Shown piece after piece: positions 1 to 13,299 of a DNA stretch of 64,000 nt. Numbering within the stretch: position 1 is the first letter of the stretch; each line of letters starts with the position of its first letter. Both the position numbers and the translations under genes were made by a program. The DNA is taken from positions 5,828,001-5,892,000 of the forward strand of contig CM120640.1 of NCBI GenBank assembly GCA_051362555.1. The letters are read 5' to 3'. The notes beneath the pieces were generated by a model. The model made no database searches and was not told the DNA's origin. It saw only the letters and a list, made by a program, of their open reading frames with translations. Origin of the DNA: Lingula anatina. Lineage: Eukaryota > Animalia > Brachiopoda.

Positions 1-1484
1 GTCGAAGATGGAAAAATATCAACTTTTTTTTCAAACTGGAGGCATGATTTGCCCTCAAACTCGCATAAAAACAGTCACGTATCTACAAAACGCAATGTTA
101 CAGATTAAACGCAGCACGCACATTCTTAAGTTCATTGACGTAGGTCAAGGAGTAGACCGCCACCGAGAAGAACAATATTCTTTTGTTTTAAATGCCGTCG
201 AATTCTTTTGTGAACTTCAGCGCTTTCCTTAAAGACGAATCAAATGTCGTTAAGTGGTACGCAGTATAACAATTTCCTTCTTTATTCTATTATTTTTTTA
301 TCAATGAAATTTGCTCTCAAACTTCAGTCAAAACATCGGAAAACATCGGCTTTTTTTCTTCCCGTGATATCAAATACCTTAATTGTTACTGTGAACGCAC
401 TATAGTTGGAGGACAATTTGTTTTGTATAGAAAATTACTTTCATAATTAAGTCACACCAAGAGGATAAATCTTGGAAAAATACAAACATTGATTTGCGTG
501 CAAATTCTTTTTCATCTTTATATACTATCTTCCTTTCATATTTGCCGTAATTTCTGTTTTTTCTTTTTATTTCTCTCTCTCTCTTTCTGCTAGGCCAGTT
601 AGCAACAATCTTATATTTTGGTTACACGTGCGCTTGTACAGGAGAGGATAAAACGCAGGCCATGATTTGCTGTTTCATCTCAAAAAGTGAATGTTTTCGC
701 AGGTCATTTAATAGCAGCTCCTTCCCGACATCGGTTTTTTACAAGTCAAAATGGTTACCTGTGGTTCGTCATGCTACAGGTCACCCAGATCGTGTCTGTG
801 TTTTCATGTCGTCTTGGCGACGGTGATCGGCATCAATAGTGTCTCCTTTGTCAAATTTAAATCCGCCTGGGGTTTATCTAGAATATCTATAACAGCGTAT
901 CAATACCGCGTGAATTAGATTGAGGACCTAAGAGGGCAAAATCGACAGCATCAGTACGTTTAGGTTGTACACGTATTAATCTTTTTGGTTTTGGTGGAAC
1001 GGGTTTTCATCTTTTCGTCTTTCAACAAGATCTACGTTAAGTGTAGTTTGACCCACGATATCCCAGTGTTTGTGTAGGAAATGGGCCATTGAAGCGACAA
1101 TGGGTTAATTGTTCACCTGCTTACCTGGGCATACCGTAAGCCCTACGTACGTAACATCGACAACGAAGCGTTTTTCTTTAACAGCCTCACTCTACGAGTT
1201 GTCTTTTAAGGACTGCTCACTTGGATACGGTAAACATGCTGGGGACACGTGTGTGCGAAAGTTGGCACCCTGCCTGAATACTGTTTACAGATATGATAGA
1301 AAGTGATTTCTTAAAGCCCTATGGTGATTTGAGTTGACTTCAATCACACAGAGGTCATCCTCGAGGCATTTTCGCGAACCACTAGTACAGATGTGATGGC
1401 TTCTATGGATTACTATCACCAACATTAGGAGATGTGTTCACTAAACAGGGAAACGCCACCCTGACTATAATTTTGAACGGGACC

Positions 1485-1913
1485 ATGGGTCCTACGAGTT
1501 CAGATGGAGGGCACACAGATGGCGTGCTCGACAAGTTAGAAGAAACTAAGGCAGATATTTACATCTACCAAGTCCGTCCAGTAGTCCCCACAGAGAGGAG
1601 GCCGGACATCCAAGTGACAGTGAAAGTAATCTCAAACAATGATCAGTGGAATCAGCACTGTTTTAAAATCCCTGTCAGAACTGAGACCACTGTCGACGAG
1701 GCCAGAAGACGCCTCGGAAAGAAACCAAAAACAGTGCTCGGCACACCGGACTACGCCTTCTTGGCACATGGAAAACATATTCCAAAAGAGAAAGAGAAAG
1801 ATTTAAAAGTCATTGACATTCTTCCTAAACTTCTGAAAGATCTGCCCCAGAAAGGAGATAAAAGCAGTTTCCTGTTCCGGGGAAATGACGGACAATCAGT
1901 CGAATACAAAAAA
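1485..1913 (+). CDS. Gene A exon 1 (putative first coding exon); N-terminal region with a ubiquitin/beta-grasp-like pattern
   Basis: ATG in accATGg context at 1485, downstream of a candidate acceptor (aaacag, 1443-1448). The frame is open to a strong donor AAA|gtaagt at 1914 (phase 0), matching the phase-0 acceptor at 9277. Linkage across the 7.4 kb intron rests on phase compatibility only. Confidence 0.65.
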
Positions 1914-1996
1914 GTAAGTAAACAGCTTAGTATTTCATCATCATTGGACACTGAAAGTATGTACTAAACTTAAAATGTAATGTGAAAATAGACATA

Positions 1997-2288
1997 CACA
2001 CACTGGACAATAGATGTGCCACCCCCTGAATCACAGTAATCAAAAAATAGACATACACACAATGGTCAATAGAAGTGTCACCGCCTGAATAATCAAAGTT
2101 ATTAACCTGAAATGGCGGAATATAAGCAATGTCAGAATATCGATACAGTTGAATTGTTCAGTCAGAACCGTTTCTTTTGTGAAATTTGATGTTAATAAAA
2201 TGATACCAGGAGCATATCATTCCAGAGTCATTTATCTCCCCCAAAGTATTGGTTCAATAGGGGTGACACTTCTGTTGTCCAGTGTGTG
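1997..2288. mobile_element. Tc1/mariner-like MITE with TA target-site duplication
   Basis: ta|CACACACTGGACAAtagatgtgccacccc ... ggggtgacacttctgTTGTCCAGTGTGTG|ta, an imperfect TIR of about 30 bp. The left end plus flank is tandemly duplicated at about 2045-2090. Confidence 0.7.
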
Positions 2289-2805
2289 TACATACATATA
2301 TCAATAGCCTTTTACAGAACAAAACAAAAGGGACACACTATGAACACCTTCAAGGAATCTTCTATTATATTGATAAAATTAAATGAACAACAACATAAAT
2401 TTCTACCTATGTTATTATTTTCTAAATGACTCTCATTCTGAAATGTTATTGGTTTAAGGTACTGCTCAAATATTTAATGGTATTTATTTTGGTATATTAT
2501 TCATTGTTCGAAATAGCTCGGTTATGTCAGAAATCAATTTATGTTATCTGTTATTGAATTGGAGGATAGGGGTCATGACCTGACCGTGCTTGAATACTTG
2601 TTTTGTTTTTACATATAATGACCAAAAGTAAAATCGTAATTTAAGTGAACATGGTTTTCATACCAAACCTCAATTAAAACGCAGAAACAGTTACCGAAAC
2701 ATGTGCCTACGAAAGTGCAAAAGAAATTGTCTGGACATTGCATGCAGTTATGCTTCATTAACCACCTGAAGTTGGACAGGCCTGTAAGGCACATGACACG
2801 CTTAG

Positions 2806-3120
2806 GGACCATTCCCACAGATATTTGGATCGATCTATCTCATTGGGGAGTCTCACTAAAATGCTATCAAACTAACCGGATTAAACGTCTGTCACGCCTA
2901 GTAAAACTGTTAGGGGGTAATTATCTTTACCCGTAGCTGATTAGGTAGGCGTGACAGACATTTTTAAAAGCCTCGTGAACTGATAGCAACTTAGCGTGAA
3001 CCCCCAGGGAGTTAGGTTGATCCAGATGGATCGATCTAAGACTGCAATCCCACAGATTTTAGATCGATCTATCCCCGTGGGGTGTCTCACTAGATTACTG
3101 TCAGCTTAGCCGGCTTAAAG
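2806..3120. mobile_element. Degenerate foldback MITE plus a truncated second copy
   Basis: Internal inverted repeats gtctgtcacgccta (2887-2900) / taggcgtgacagac (2946-2959) and tgctatca/tgatagca. A direct repeat of about 70 bp ('cccacagat..gatcgatctatc..gggg.gtctcacta') occurs at 2814 and 3048. Confidence 0.6.
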
Positions 3121-3258
3121 ATATTTGTGTAGCCAAATTTTAACAAGCTCATCAAAGCAATGAGACTCAAACCCAGTTTTAAGATGAATATGGTTATTTA
3201 ATTGATTGTTTAATGGCGACCACAGACACACGTACACACTGATACATAATTACACTAA

Positions 3259-3495
3259 GGATGCGTTCACATGAAAAATCTATTTTCTAAAAATCTATTT
3301 GCGGTATCTTGTGATCACGGTCTGTGCCCTGAATACCCCACGGCGTAATTAGCCAGTTACTTCCAAAGCTGTAATTAATTCTCGGCGCTGCCAGTAATTA
3401 CGCCGCGGGGTATTCAGGACACAGACCGTGATCACAAGATACCGCAAATAGATTTTTAGATCTTTAGAAAATAGATTTTTCATGTGAACGCAGCC
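3259..3495. mobile_element. PIF/Harbinger-like palindromic MITE (237 bp), TAA target-site duplication
   Basis: taa|GGATGCGTTCACATGAAAAATCTATTTTCTA...TAGAAAATAGATTTTTCATGTGAACGCAGCC|taa. The arms are near-perfect over about 90 bp. A TWA target-site duplication and GG termini are typical of Harbinger. Confidence 0.88.
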
Positions 3496-4261
3496 TAAAT
3501 CTTAATAGATGTTTACTGGTAAGAGAAGAGATGGGGAGGGGGGGGGGGGGGAGGGCTAAGAAGGCTTAGACCCCCTACACAAATACATAATTTCTTTTTA
3601 CCTCATCGTCATAAACGTAGGAAGCAGAGAAGGGGGGGCATATAAGGAATTTTGGAACTACCACAATACGATGGCCTAAATTATAGCCCACTATAAGATA
3701 TCAAATTTGTGATTTTACCTCCAAATAAAATTTTCTTTGAGAAAAAGGCAATTTTGTCCTAACTACAAATCATTGTTCGACCCTGCACTTGGAGTCGATG
3801 TACATAGTATACCATTTCTAATTGAATAATGTACTTCTAAATGCCTAGCCAGTCATTTATCTCCCTGTACATTTGTGAACGAAATATCGACATCAGTTAC
3901 ATTCATTTGAGGGGTTGTGTCATTTTGAGGTGTGAATTGGGAAAGATAAGTAGCTTTGGATGATATGTAGACAAAGAAATTATAACTCTGGAAAATATTC
4001 AAATGGCCAGTGCAGCAAGACGACGAGACTGAGTATGTAGCCCAGAAAAAATGGCACTGCCATTATTTTTTTTCATATGACTGGTTGGTTGGAGCTCATG
4101 CATTGTAGAATTTAGTTTGAGTGGAGACGAAATTTTGAATCATTCCACAGAAATCTCGCTCACAATATTTTCATCCAATTGCAGTCCTTGATAGTGCATA
4201 CAAAGAAAGGATATATGTACATATTTGGCTTGGCTGGCGGGTAATACCTGCTATTGTAAAG

Positions 4262-4318
4262 TTTTTTTTTTTTTTTTTTTTTTTTTTGAGGCGGGGGGGG
4301 GGAGGGGGGCGGGGGGGG
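4262..4318. repeat. Poly-T followed by poly-G tracts
   Basis: A run of about 26 T followed by interrupted G runs. Confidence 0.95.
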
Positions 4319-5035
4319 TTGTATCATGTGTGTGGATTCAGAGTCAACACCCCGGCATAAATACGCTTTCTGATGTAACTGCAACCCATGTATTCCAATT
4401 GCAAGTGGCGGCCGTCTTGAATTTCTTTTTTCACAATACCCAAATATACACGATTGTTACCCACCTAATACACTGTTCACCCAAACCCAATATAGAGGTG
4501 CAATTGATGTCACAGGAATGCTCTTAAAAATATTTAGTGCACAGACTGCAAACTGTCTGATTATTTTAGGGTCTCACGTGAAGAAGTTTATATCAAAGTT
4601 TCACTCTCCTGGAACCATGATTAATAAAAAATAATTCAACTTCTATCCCCAAAAGGAACATACGTTACTGTCACAAATGCAAAACGTTCAATTACGAAAC
4701 TTCGAAAATTCAATCATCACTGGATTTTGTTCTTTGATTTATCTCCAACAAGTAGCCTATAACCTTGTAAAAAATAATAATATTTTTCTGTATAGAGCAA
4801 TTAATTGTCTTTGAGCTACTTTAGTTTGCTTGTCACTGAATTTGAAAAAACGGGGAAAATACACCCTACCGACAGTAAAATAAGCATTAAATGAATTATT
4901 TTTCCCCTCGTGCTCCAAATATTATACAGTATAAGAAATGTCAAACTATCATGGAATCACAATATATATTTTTCGGTCAGCAATAGAAAACATTGTTTTC
5001 TTTGCACACCAAGTACTTAAAATGAAACATTGTAA

Positions 5036-8004
5036 CCTCAAATCAAGTTCGGTCCCTTGGTTCTAAACTGTTTACAAGAAGCTCTGTACTGGTCCTACAC
5101 CTGTAAATGTCCATCATGACGAGTTCAAACGTGTTCCACAAACGTGTCCTTGACCGACTCTATTATGGTCTCCAATATTTGAGGTTTAAAACTTTGAGAG
5201 GCTACCAAAAAAACGTACGTAAACTGAATGTTAGAAAGAAATGCATTTCAATTATTTAAAATTGTATTATATTTGCTATAATATATTCTCATATTTTTTA
5301 AAGAACACAAAAGTTTTGCTGCGTGACTACCTTTAGGATGCTTAATACTACTACAATATTTATAGCGTTCTCTGCTTCTTGTGTTCAAGACAGTTGTGAT
5401 TGTGTGCATGTTGGGTAGGGGCATCTCACTCACCGTCATGATCGTGCATTCTTTATTCCGTTTCAAGTTAGTATAAGTTCTTATTTTCATATGTACGCGT
5501 TTATTCCCGTGAATTTCCTAAATGTCCACTGGACTGTCAAGAACTATAGTGATTCAGTCTAGAGCTTATATAGGCACAGTATAATGGATTTTTACTGCAT
5601 ACGTTTTATTAATCTATTAATACTGCAATTTATGTAAGGAGCTCCCTATGAAGGATAGTCTAGCTACTTTATTCTTTTACGCATTTTGTTTTCAAATTAA
5701 TTTTTTTTTTCAATTTTCAGGTTTTAGGGTTTAAGTATGGTCACTATAAAACTGCCAATATGTAGGCGTTTTGTGCAAGTAGTAGAAATGGATTATATTA
5801 TTTTCGAATCAGCGGATCTAAAATAAACAAAGTTTATTAATAAACGCCCAATATATCCGTAATTAAAGCCTATTTGCCTGTTTGACTGCATTTAAAGTTA
5901 AAACTAAGACGCAACTCACCATAATGTGTGTTTGATTGACGGGGCTGGTTTAGAGATGTGGTGCATACCTTATTGGTATTTATACCTAGGTCTTCACAAG
6001 CTATATATCCCATATCATTCGGATAATGTTCAAGTGATGTTTTGCTACAGGATGACAACTTAGCATCCCAATTGTATTGCTTTAGGAGCGTACAGTGAAG
6101 GGAATATCATGAAAACCCAGTAATCTGACCAAAGCCATTGTGGCGATCTGATCGACTAATGGTAGAGGACAGATCCAGTATAACTACGTAGTATAAGTAT
6201 GCATACCAATGCAATTTACTGTTACACAACGCCGTACTCCCTTGGGCAAAATTAAAGGCTAACATCCCCGTTTCAATTTACCACTTCAAGGGAAAGATTC
6301 AGAACAGCGCCCTGGCCTGAATTTTGATCTTACAAACTGACCCCTGGAACAAAAAGTGAAAATGTGAGCCACATATATTTAATTTAATATCAGAATAAAT
6401 ATATGACACGTTCCATTACTTTCACTGGTTTATGTCATTGCACCCTCTAACAGGGAAAGCAGTCAAAAGTTATTAAATGTAATATGAAACATTAATAAAA
6501 ACGTTATGCAAAAAGTGAGCGGTTGGGATAAGTTAATTTACGCTCTCATCTTTCATATGAAAAAAAAAAGAATATTTATTACAAGAGTTCAGGGTGGGAG
6601 GGGAGCATAAGGGCATAGCAACTATTATGTTATGAAATAACGATTTTAAATAAAAAAAAGTCAAGTTGATCCTTTCTACTGATATACTTAATCGTGTTTC
6701 GTGACTATCTAGCTTGGTCGGTTAAGAAGATATATATATATATACCCCCCCCCTGCCCACACTTATTCCAACCTGTAAGATTGGAAAGTCGGTAGTCTGG
6801 CTCGGGCAAAAAAATCTCCACATCTGGTTTCTATCAAGCGCGTTCAGAGCTTAGGACATACATATTGCTCCTCGGGCCAGGAAATCTGGAGAGGGGGAGT
6901 AGAGGAACACGTCTTCTCAATATGGAAAGCTATATATTTTGGTAATTTCCTTTGTAACATTTACAAACACTATAAAATACCCTTTCTCGATTTGATATCA
7001 TGTTCTGTAAATATCCTGAATTTAAATACTAATGTTAAATGTCAGAGACTTTGATTTATGACGAGAGAGAGAGAGAGAGAGGTTAAGACATTCTGTAAAT
7101 GTCCCGAACTAGAGGAGGGTGTTATAAACTAAACACATCTTGGCAATAACCCGTAGACAGGTAGCCGGCAGAGTGGTTTAGTTATTATGATCAACATTAT
7201 TGTTTATATTTTTTATTAATATCAAACAATTTTACCGTTTGTAGCTATACCTGTTTGGAACCTGTACTCTGCGCCATATAATAGCAATGGTGCAAAGTAG
7301 TGATATTGTAAAATCCTGCCATAAAATTTTCTTCAAATATCAAATTTTATTAGATGGTTGAATAGAACAGTTATAGAATTCAGTATAATGATACTGAATT
7401 GTTGTAAAGACATGTAGGAAGCAGGGTGACCATATATGCTCGGAATTTTGTCGGAGAGGGAAATTTCTCGAGTTTGTTCTCTGCCCTGTGAAGCCATATT
7501 TTGTGGCCTGAGATGCCGTATCCATTCTTCGTGACCTGACCTGCCAAAAGCAAGTCTGGGCGCTCTTTCGATTCTTCCACATTAATCAAGATACGGAGTA
7601 TCAATTACAAGTGTCCGGAGGGGGGGGGGGGCATGAAGGGAATAAATAATTATAAGTAGTATCCTTGCGACACAAGGTTACTCTGCAATTTATATCTTTC
7701 AATTTATGCTGTGAAATAATAGTCAGCTAGTACGTTGATCTCGCGAATCAACCAAATGACCGTTAGTTGAGTTGCTTAACTGCAAGTAATTAATCCCCTC
7801 CCCTCCCCTCCCCCGAACGTCATACTGGCAGGTTTCCAAATGAAGACTATACCGCAGAAAAAGTTTGGGACCCAAAAGAGAGTCGGCCAAAGACACGGTT
7901 GGGGAGCACGTTTGAACACGCCATGATGGACATTTACAGGTGTAGGGCCAGAACAGAGCCTCTGGTAAACAGTTTAGAACCAAGGGACCGAACTTGATTT
8001 GAGG
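5036..8004. repeat. Long-range inverted repeat pair (about 140 bp arms at 5036-5177 and 7864-8004)
   Basis: cctcaaatcaagttcggtcccttggttctaaactgtttac... at 5036 is the reverse complement of ...gtaaacagtttagaaccaagggaccgaacttgatttgagg ending at 8004. The outer 40 bp are identical and the rest is diverged; no target-site duplication is seen. Confidence 0.9.
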
Positions 8005-8353
8005 ACCAGAAGAGAGGCTTAACATACGTTACCTAGTATTAGCCATGACGCAAAGCCCCTTAAGTTATAGTTTTAAAATTTTTAAAAACGTCCTGACGGT
8101 TGGCACACATTTTCTTTTTTTCAGTTGTATCGTTACAGATAAAAAATGATTAATCACTTGATATGCAAAAGAAATAAAAAACACAGGTGTACTGCACACT
8201 TCCCTGGATTAAAAGGGGTTTTCAACATGGCGCTTGAAAATAAACTCTTTTGCATAAAGACAATATTAAAGCAAAAACGCTTATAATTCTCCTTGGAAGG
8301 TTACAACCAATTAAAAAATCCTCCCACATTTATTTCACATAGGACTGGCTTAA

Positions 8354-8690
8354 AGGGATAATAACTCTTCGTTTTGGCCAAAAAAGGAATTTTCCTGGAG
8401 TACACAACAATTTTCCCATACTTACCAATGGTTAATGAATCCATTTTTACATTCAAAGTTAGTCCCTGGTTTTTTTCTAAAAAGTTTGATTTTTTGTTAA
8501 AACCTCTTAAGAGATTATAACAGAGTACAGCCATCAATGGAGGTCACGTGGTCTTAAGACCAACTCAGATATCAGAATAATAGCTATAACTGCTGTTTTT
8601 GTGGTAAAACAGAATCTATTATATTTCTGTGAGTTATTCACAATGTTTTTATTGTGAAATACAAATCTCATACGGAGAGTTATTATCCCT
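8354..8690. mobile_element. Kolobok-like MITE (337 bp), TTAA target-site duplication
   Basis: ttaa|AGGGATAATAACTCttcg ... cggaGAGTTATTATCCCT|ttaa. A TTAA duplication with RR...YY termini fits Kolobok rather than piggyBac (CC...GG). Confidence 0.8.
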
Positions 8691-9276
8691 TTAATAAAGT
8701 AAAAACTATCATTTGGGCGAAAGTCTTTGTTTGACCAAAGTTATTCTTTAATAGCCAAGCTAGCAACCACTATTTGCAATCGCTATCCCTCTCACACCCA
8801 TAACTTCGGATCTGTCATCCGTTGACAAGTGCTTAAATTTGACCTAGGTAATGTCAAATAGTCATTGTTTGCTGTGGGGAAGAGAGAATCCAAACTGTAA
8901 GCATAAACAGAGCTTTAGAACCAAAAGCATTATTAAAAACCCAAATTCAAGAGGGTGTGACAATCATTTTGAGCAACGGTGTATATAGTTGCCTATCAAA
9001 TAATGTAGAAACACTGAAAAACACTGAAAAACAAACATAGACCGTCCTTCGTTTTTTTTTTCGTTAATCATTATGATTATTTTATGTGATTGACGACAAT
9101 GCTTCATTTAAAACATAAATTATAATGGCGTTTCTATAACTAACAGATATCTTGTTTTTACTTAAATCTAAATACTATTTGTCCACTTGTTTCAGATAGA
9201 TGGACTGCCGGTTCGAACCACGGCCACTGTCCATCACTGCCATGATTTAATGGTGTTATTTTCTGTTTAATATTAG

Positions 9277-9427
9277 GTTCCCCTGGACATTCATGGCAAA
9301 AGAGCGGTGGTTTTATGTGCAGGAATCCTCCACATTCTCCCCAGTTGTCTGCAGTTACACCAGGTGGAAGCCACAGGGTTTTCATTCATCCCTTTGGATG
9401 CTACGTCACACCTTGATGAGTTATACG
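9277..9427 (+). CDS. Gene A exon 2 (VPLDIHGKRAVVLCAG...SHLDELY)
   Basis: Acceptor ttctgtttaatattag| ending at 9276, an open frame, and donor G|gtactt at 9428 (phase 1), which joins in frame to exon 3 (G+AC=Asp). Confidence 0.75.
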
Positions 9428-9642
9428 GTACTTACATGTATTATTTTTTTAAGAGTTATAAATGCATAATTCCCTATTCATTTAAACTTAGATGTCACTA
9501 CATGGTGATACGAGTGTCCACTTAATGGTTTTTATAAATTGTTCCATTCATGTCATTTGAATTCAGGTATTTTATGTGTTACACATTAACATTAATATAT
9601 GCATATGCAAATTAATTTAGCACTTTTTTCTTTGAATTTCAG

Positions 9643-12600
9643 ACGTAAAAAAAGTTGAACTTTTCGCCTCTGCCACCGCCGACCGAATTAATGACCTTAG
9701 CAACATAATCGGGGAGTTAAACAGAAGAGGCCAAGAAATTGCATCAATAACCGACCACCGGGGTGCAACGCCATTGCACTACGCAGCACAGCGAGGCTTA
9801 CTGGAAATTTGCGACACCCTCCTGTCCCACGGGCCCGAGCTGATTCACGTACAGGATAACAACGACCGTCTCAGTCTTCACTATGCCCTGTATCGACGGC
9901 AATTTGAAGTAGCCATATATTTGATTCAAAAGGGGTCTGACGTCTTGCTTGAAGACCATCACGGTGTGACTTGTCTTTCTTTATTGAAAGTGATTCCGGA
10001 AAGAGTTTTGCTCGATTTCACGGAGTCAGACGAAACAGACTTTGCGGACCTCGACCCAGCTCTAACCTACGCATGCTTAGAAGCAGGAGTACGCAACAAT
10101 GACTTAGCTATCGTTACCAAGACACTTCCACACTGTGAGGACTGTGATCAGCAAAACCAACTCGGGCTCACGCTGCTGCATGAAGCTGCACTCTTCGCCG
10201 ATTCGGAAGTAGTGCGGTGTCTTGTCGAAAAGTTTTCCCTCTCTGTCTTTGACCACAGTGGTTACTTGCCACTTCACTATGCTTGCCAAAGAGGGCACAG
10301 CGAAATGATACCCCTCCTGATTAACGCTGAAGTGGAGAATGGACAGATTAACTTTGCAATATTATGTGCACTTTACAGACAGAGGTACGCTGCTGTATCT
10401 GTGCTTCTTGAGAAAGAGGGTTTATCGTTAGAATACGAAACGGTAGAGGTTCTCATCACAGCCATAGAAAGTAACTGGCAGGGAAGCAAACGTGTGCTCC
10501 ATAACTGCCACCATCCATACGTTTGCACACACTTCCTTAGCCATGCTGCGTGGGAAGGAGATGAAGCTCTAACACAATCACTACTAAACAATGGTGCAGA
10601 CATTAACTTTCAGGACTTGATGGGGCGATCTGCTTTGCACGAGGCTGCACAACAAGGGCACATGAACGTTGTCGAGGTTCTTTTAGCAGCACCAGAGACG
10701 AGCCTAAATCTTCGAGACTGGAGGGGGTCTACTCCTTTACACTACGCTTGTGCAAATGATAAGGCAGATGTGGTTCACAAACTTGTTCTGCAAGACTCGA
10801 TTAATGTACAGTTGACTGATGTCACTGGACGGACTCCTTTTCTTCTTGCGCTCTATTCTAAAGCTAAGGAGGCAGTTAAAACCCTCATTCACCATGCCAT
10901 AGGCAAAATTAATCCAAGGAAGATGGACAAATCAAGAAGAAGTTTTCTTAACTTTCTCCACTTGCTCGAGAGTGATGACTACATATTGCTGAAAAATGTC
11001 GGGGAAGAAAGTTCCGTTCACATCCAAGACCCATTTCCTGAAGAAAAAACAGAGGCATACGCTCCGTTCAAAATCAGCGAAAATCTGAAACTCATATCAC
11101 AAGACTTTTACGGCAAAAGGCTTTTTAATCACTGGTCAAATTCCACGTACATGTTGTGCCAAGCACACGGATGCTATGACAAGCTCTGTAAATATAGTCC
11201 AGACTACTACGAATCTAAATGCCATTCAGTGCCTTTCACATTAACAAAAACGCCAATAATGAAGGGTGGTTTATGTACTAACTGTAACCTTTTCAAGGAT
11301 CTTTGGGACGAAGAGAGAACAGGCCTGTGTGAATGTGGTAACGAATTTGTTGATGTTTGGTTTGATTTGGACGTTTTACTGAGAGCTTACCTTGACCAAA
11401 AAACCTCATTAGTGGTAAAAAGCCAATCTCAACTTCAGAAGACAGCATACGCATTCCATGGCGAAAAGATACCTTTAAGTGTAAGTCCCCTGCATGAAGC
11501 TGTTTTGAACAAATCAGCGACAGCATATAAGTGTCTTGAACATGAATTAGAGGGTATTGTTTTCAGAGATAACTTTGGCAGGACACCACTTTTACTAGCT
11601 ATTGATGTACTCAGTGTAGAGATGGTCCAATGTATTCTCTCCACCAGCCAAAATACCACGAGGGAACCACATTTGTTACACCGTGCTCTAAACTTGGAGA
11701 CATGGACAGAAGAGGACCGGGCATCACAATATCAAATCGTATCTTGCCTTTTAGATCATGGGTGTGATCCATTTGAGCCGAATAATGACTTTTCGTTTTC
11801 TGCATCTCTGTTTGTATCCATCCGAAACTGGGTGGGTTTGAAATTTTGCAAAGAAAGTTTATCTAATGTGGCAACCGCTTTCCAAGTGGCATGTGTCCTA
11901 GGTTTGGACAAGATAATAAAGCTGTTCCTTGTAGGGAGGTATGCACCTCCAGAAGCAATGGCTTTATGTATGGCTGCACAGTGTGGTCACGAGAAATCTG
12001 TCAATGTTTTGAGTGATTGCTTCATCGCAATGTGTAAAGAACATAGGGAGGATGTCCAGCTAAAACTTTGTCGTGCGCAATCTTCTTTGTTAGCTCTCTT
12101 TGCAGGCCTTCTTATTCCGAGCATTGAATCCCCAGCCAAGAGCAAATTGAGAGGGTATCCATCATGCCACTCAGTACGAAAGATAATGGAGATTTACGAA
12201 GCTGCTGGCTCAGAATTTGACATATCACCACTGCAACTGGTCCTCAAGTCTCCTTCTATGACAGAAGAAATCGAGTCAACAGCGCTTAGGATTATTGAAT
12301 CACCCTCATACATCGGAGGGGGCATTTTGCATTCGCTTTGTCACGATGTTCTAACAGCCTTAGAAACACACCATTGGCGCGTTGCCATTGCAATTCTGGA
12401 AAAACATGGCCCCCACAGACTGTGGTTCTGTAGCAAACATTGTGAGCCGAATTTTACTGGTTCTTTCTCCATCCACAACAAGTCTGAGCAAAAAGCTGAA
12501 TGTGCATCGTATGTTTTAGCAAAAACAAATCAGCACGAAGGAAGGGAAAATATGTACACATATGCAGATGAGCCATTGGATTCAGTTGAGCATCTTGCTT

Positions 12601-13299
12601 TATACGGCGACTGGAAAAACCCTCTGATGACCGATATTCTGTGTCTCGCGTCGCATCCTCTTGCACCAGAGGAGTTGCCTCAAAAACTTATCTATGGTAC
12701 ATACTTTAAGTTGAACAAGACCCACATAGTGAGACACGTACAGATGGCTGCAAAAGATATATACTACCAGTACCACCAATACTGGCCTGCTCATACAGAA
12801 GCTTTCATGAAATTGATCAAAATCTGCCCAGTCATCATTGATACGGTAGTACCATTTCCTTCCGAATACCAGTGGTTTAACACACGGTTTCTGTCTCCAG
12901 ATCAATCACAATTTCTCCAAAAAGCGATTTCCATCAGAGAGACATGTGGTTTGTTTGGCTGCGACGTGGCTGGTGCTGCTATTGCTACTGGGGACAGAGA
13001 GGTCATACAAAATGCTCTCCTTGGAACCGACCACTGCTGTCCTAGGTTTCCGACCAATATCCAAGGGAAAACTGCACTTGAAATAGCATGCTATGCTGGT
13101 GATCTTTTGACGGTGAAACACATTATGTCTACGTGTTCGCAGATACCACACGTATTGTTATCGCAGGCAGCATTACTGGCATTTGGGACATATTCAAATG
13201 TTCTCGAGCCTTTTGATATTGTGCTCAAAGATCAGTGGCCTTGGACTGCCCTTGATAGGACATTGTGGAATTGCAAAAACATATTCCAGAGACTGCAAA
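9643..13299 (+). CDS. Gene A exon 3 (3.66 kb): ankyrin-repeat blocks with a Cys-rich insert
   Basis: Polypyrimidine tract and ttcag| ending at 9642; contains the 1180-aa ORF. Canonical ANK motifs include GATPLHYAAQRG, GYLPLHYACQRGH, GRSALHEAAQQGH, GSTPLHYACAND, GRTPFLLA, GRTPLLLA and GKTALEIAC. Donor A|gtaagt at 13300. Confidence 0.93.

Noticed and set aside
7723-8025. 100-aa minus-strand ORF as a transposase fragment
   Set aside because: It overlaps the inverted-repeat arm and shows no DDE or other transposase motifs.
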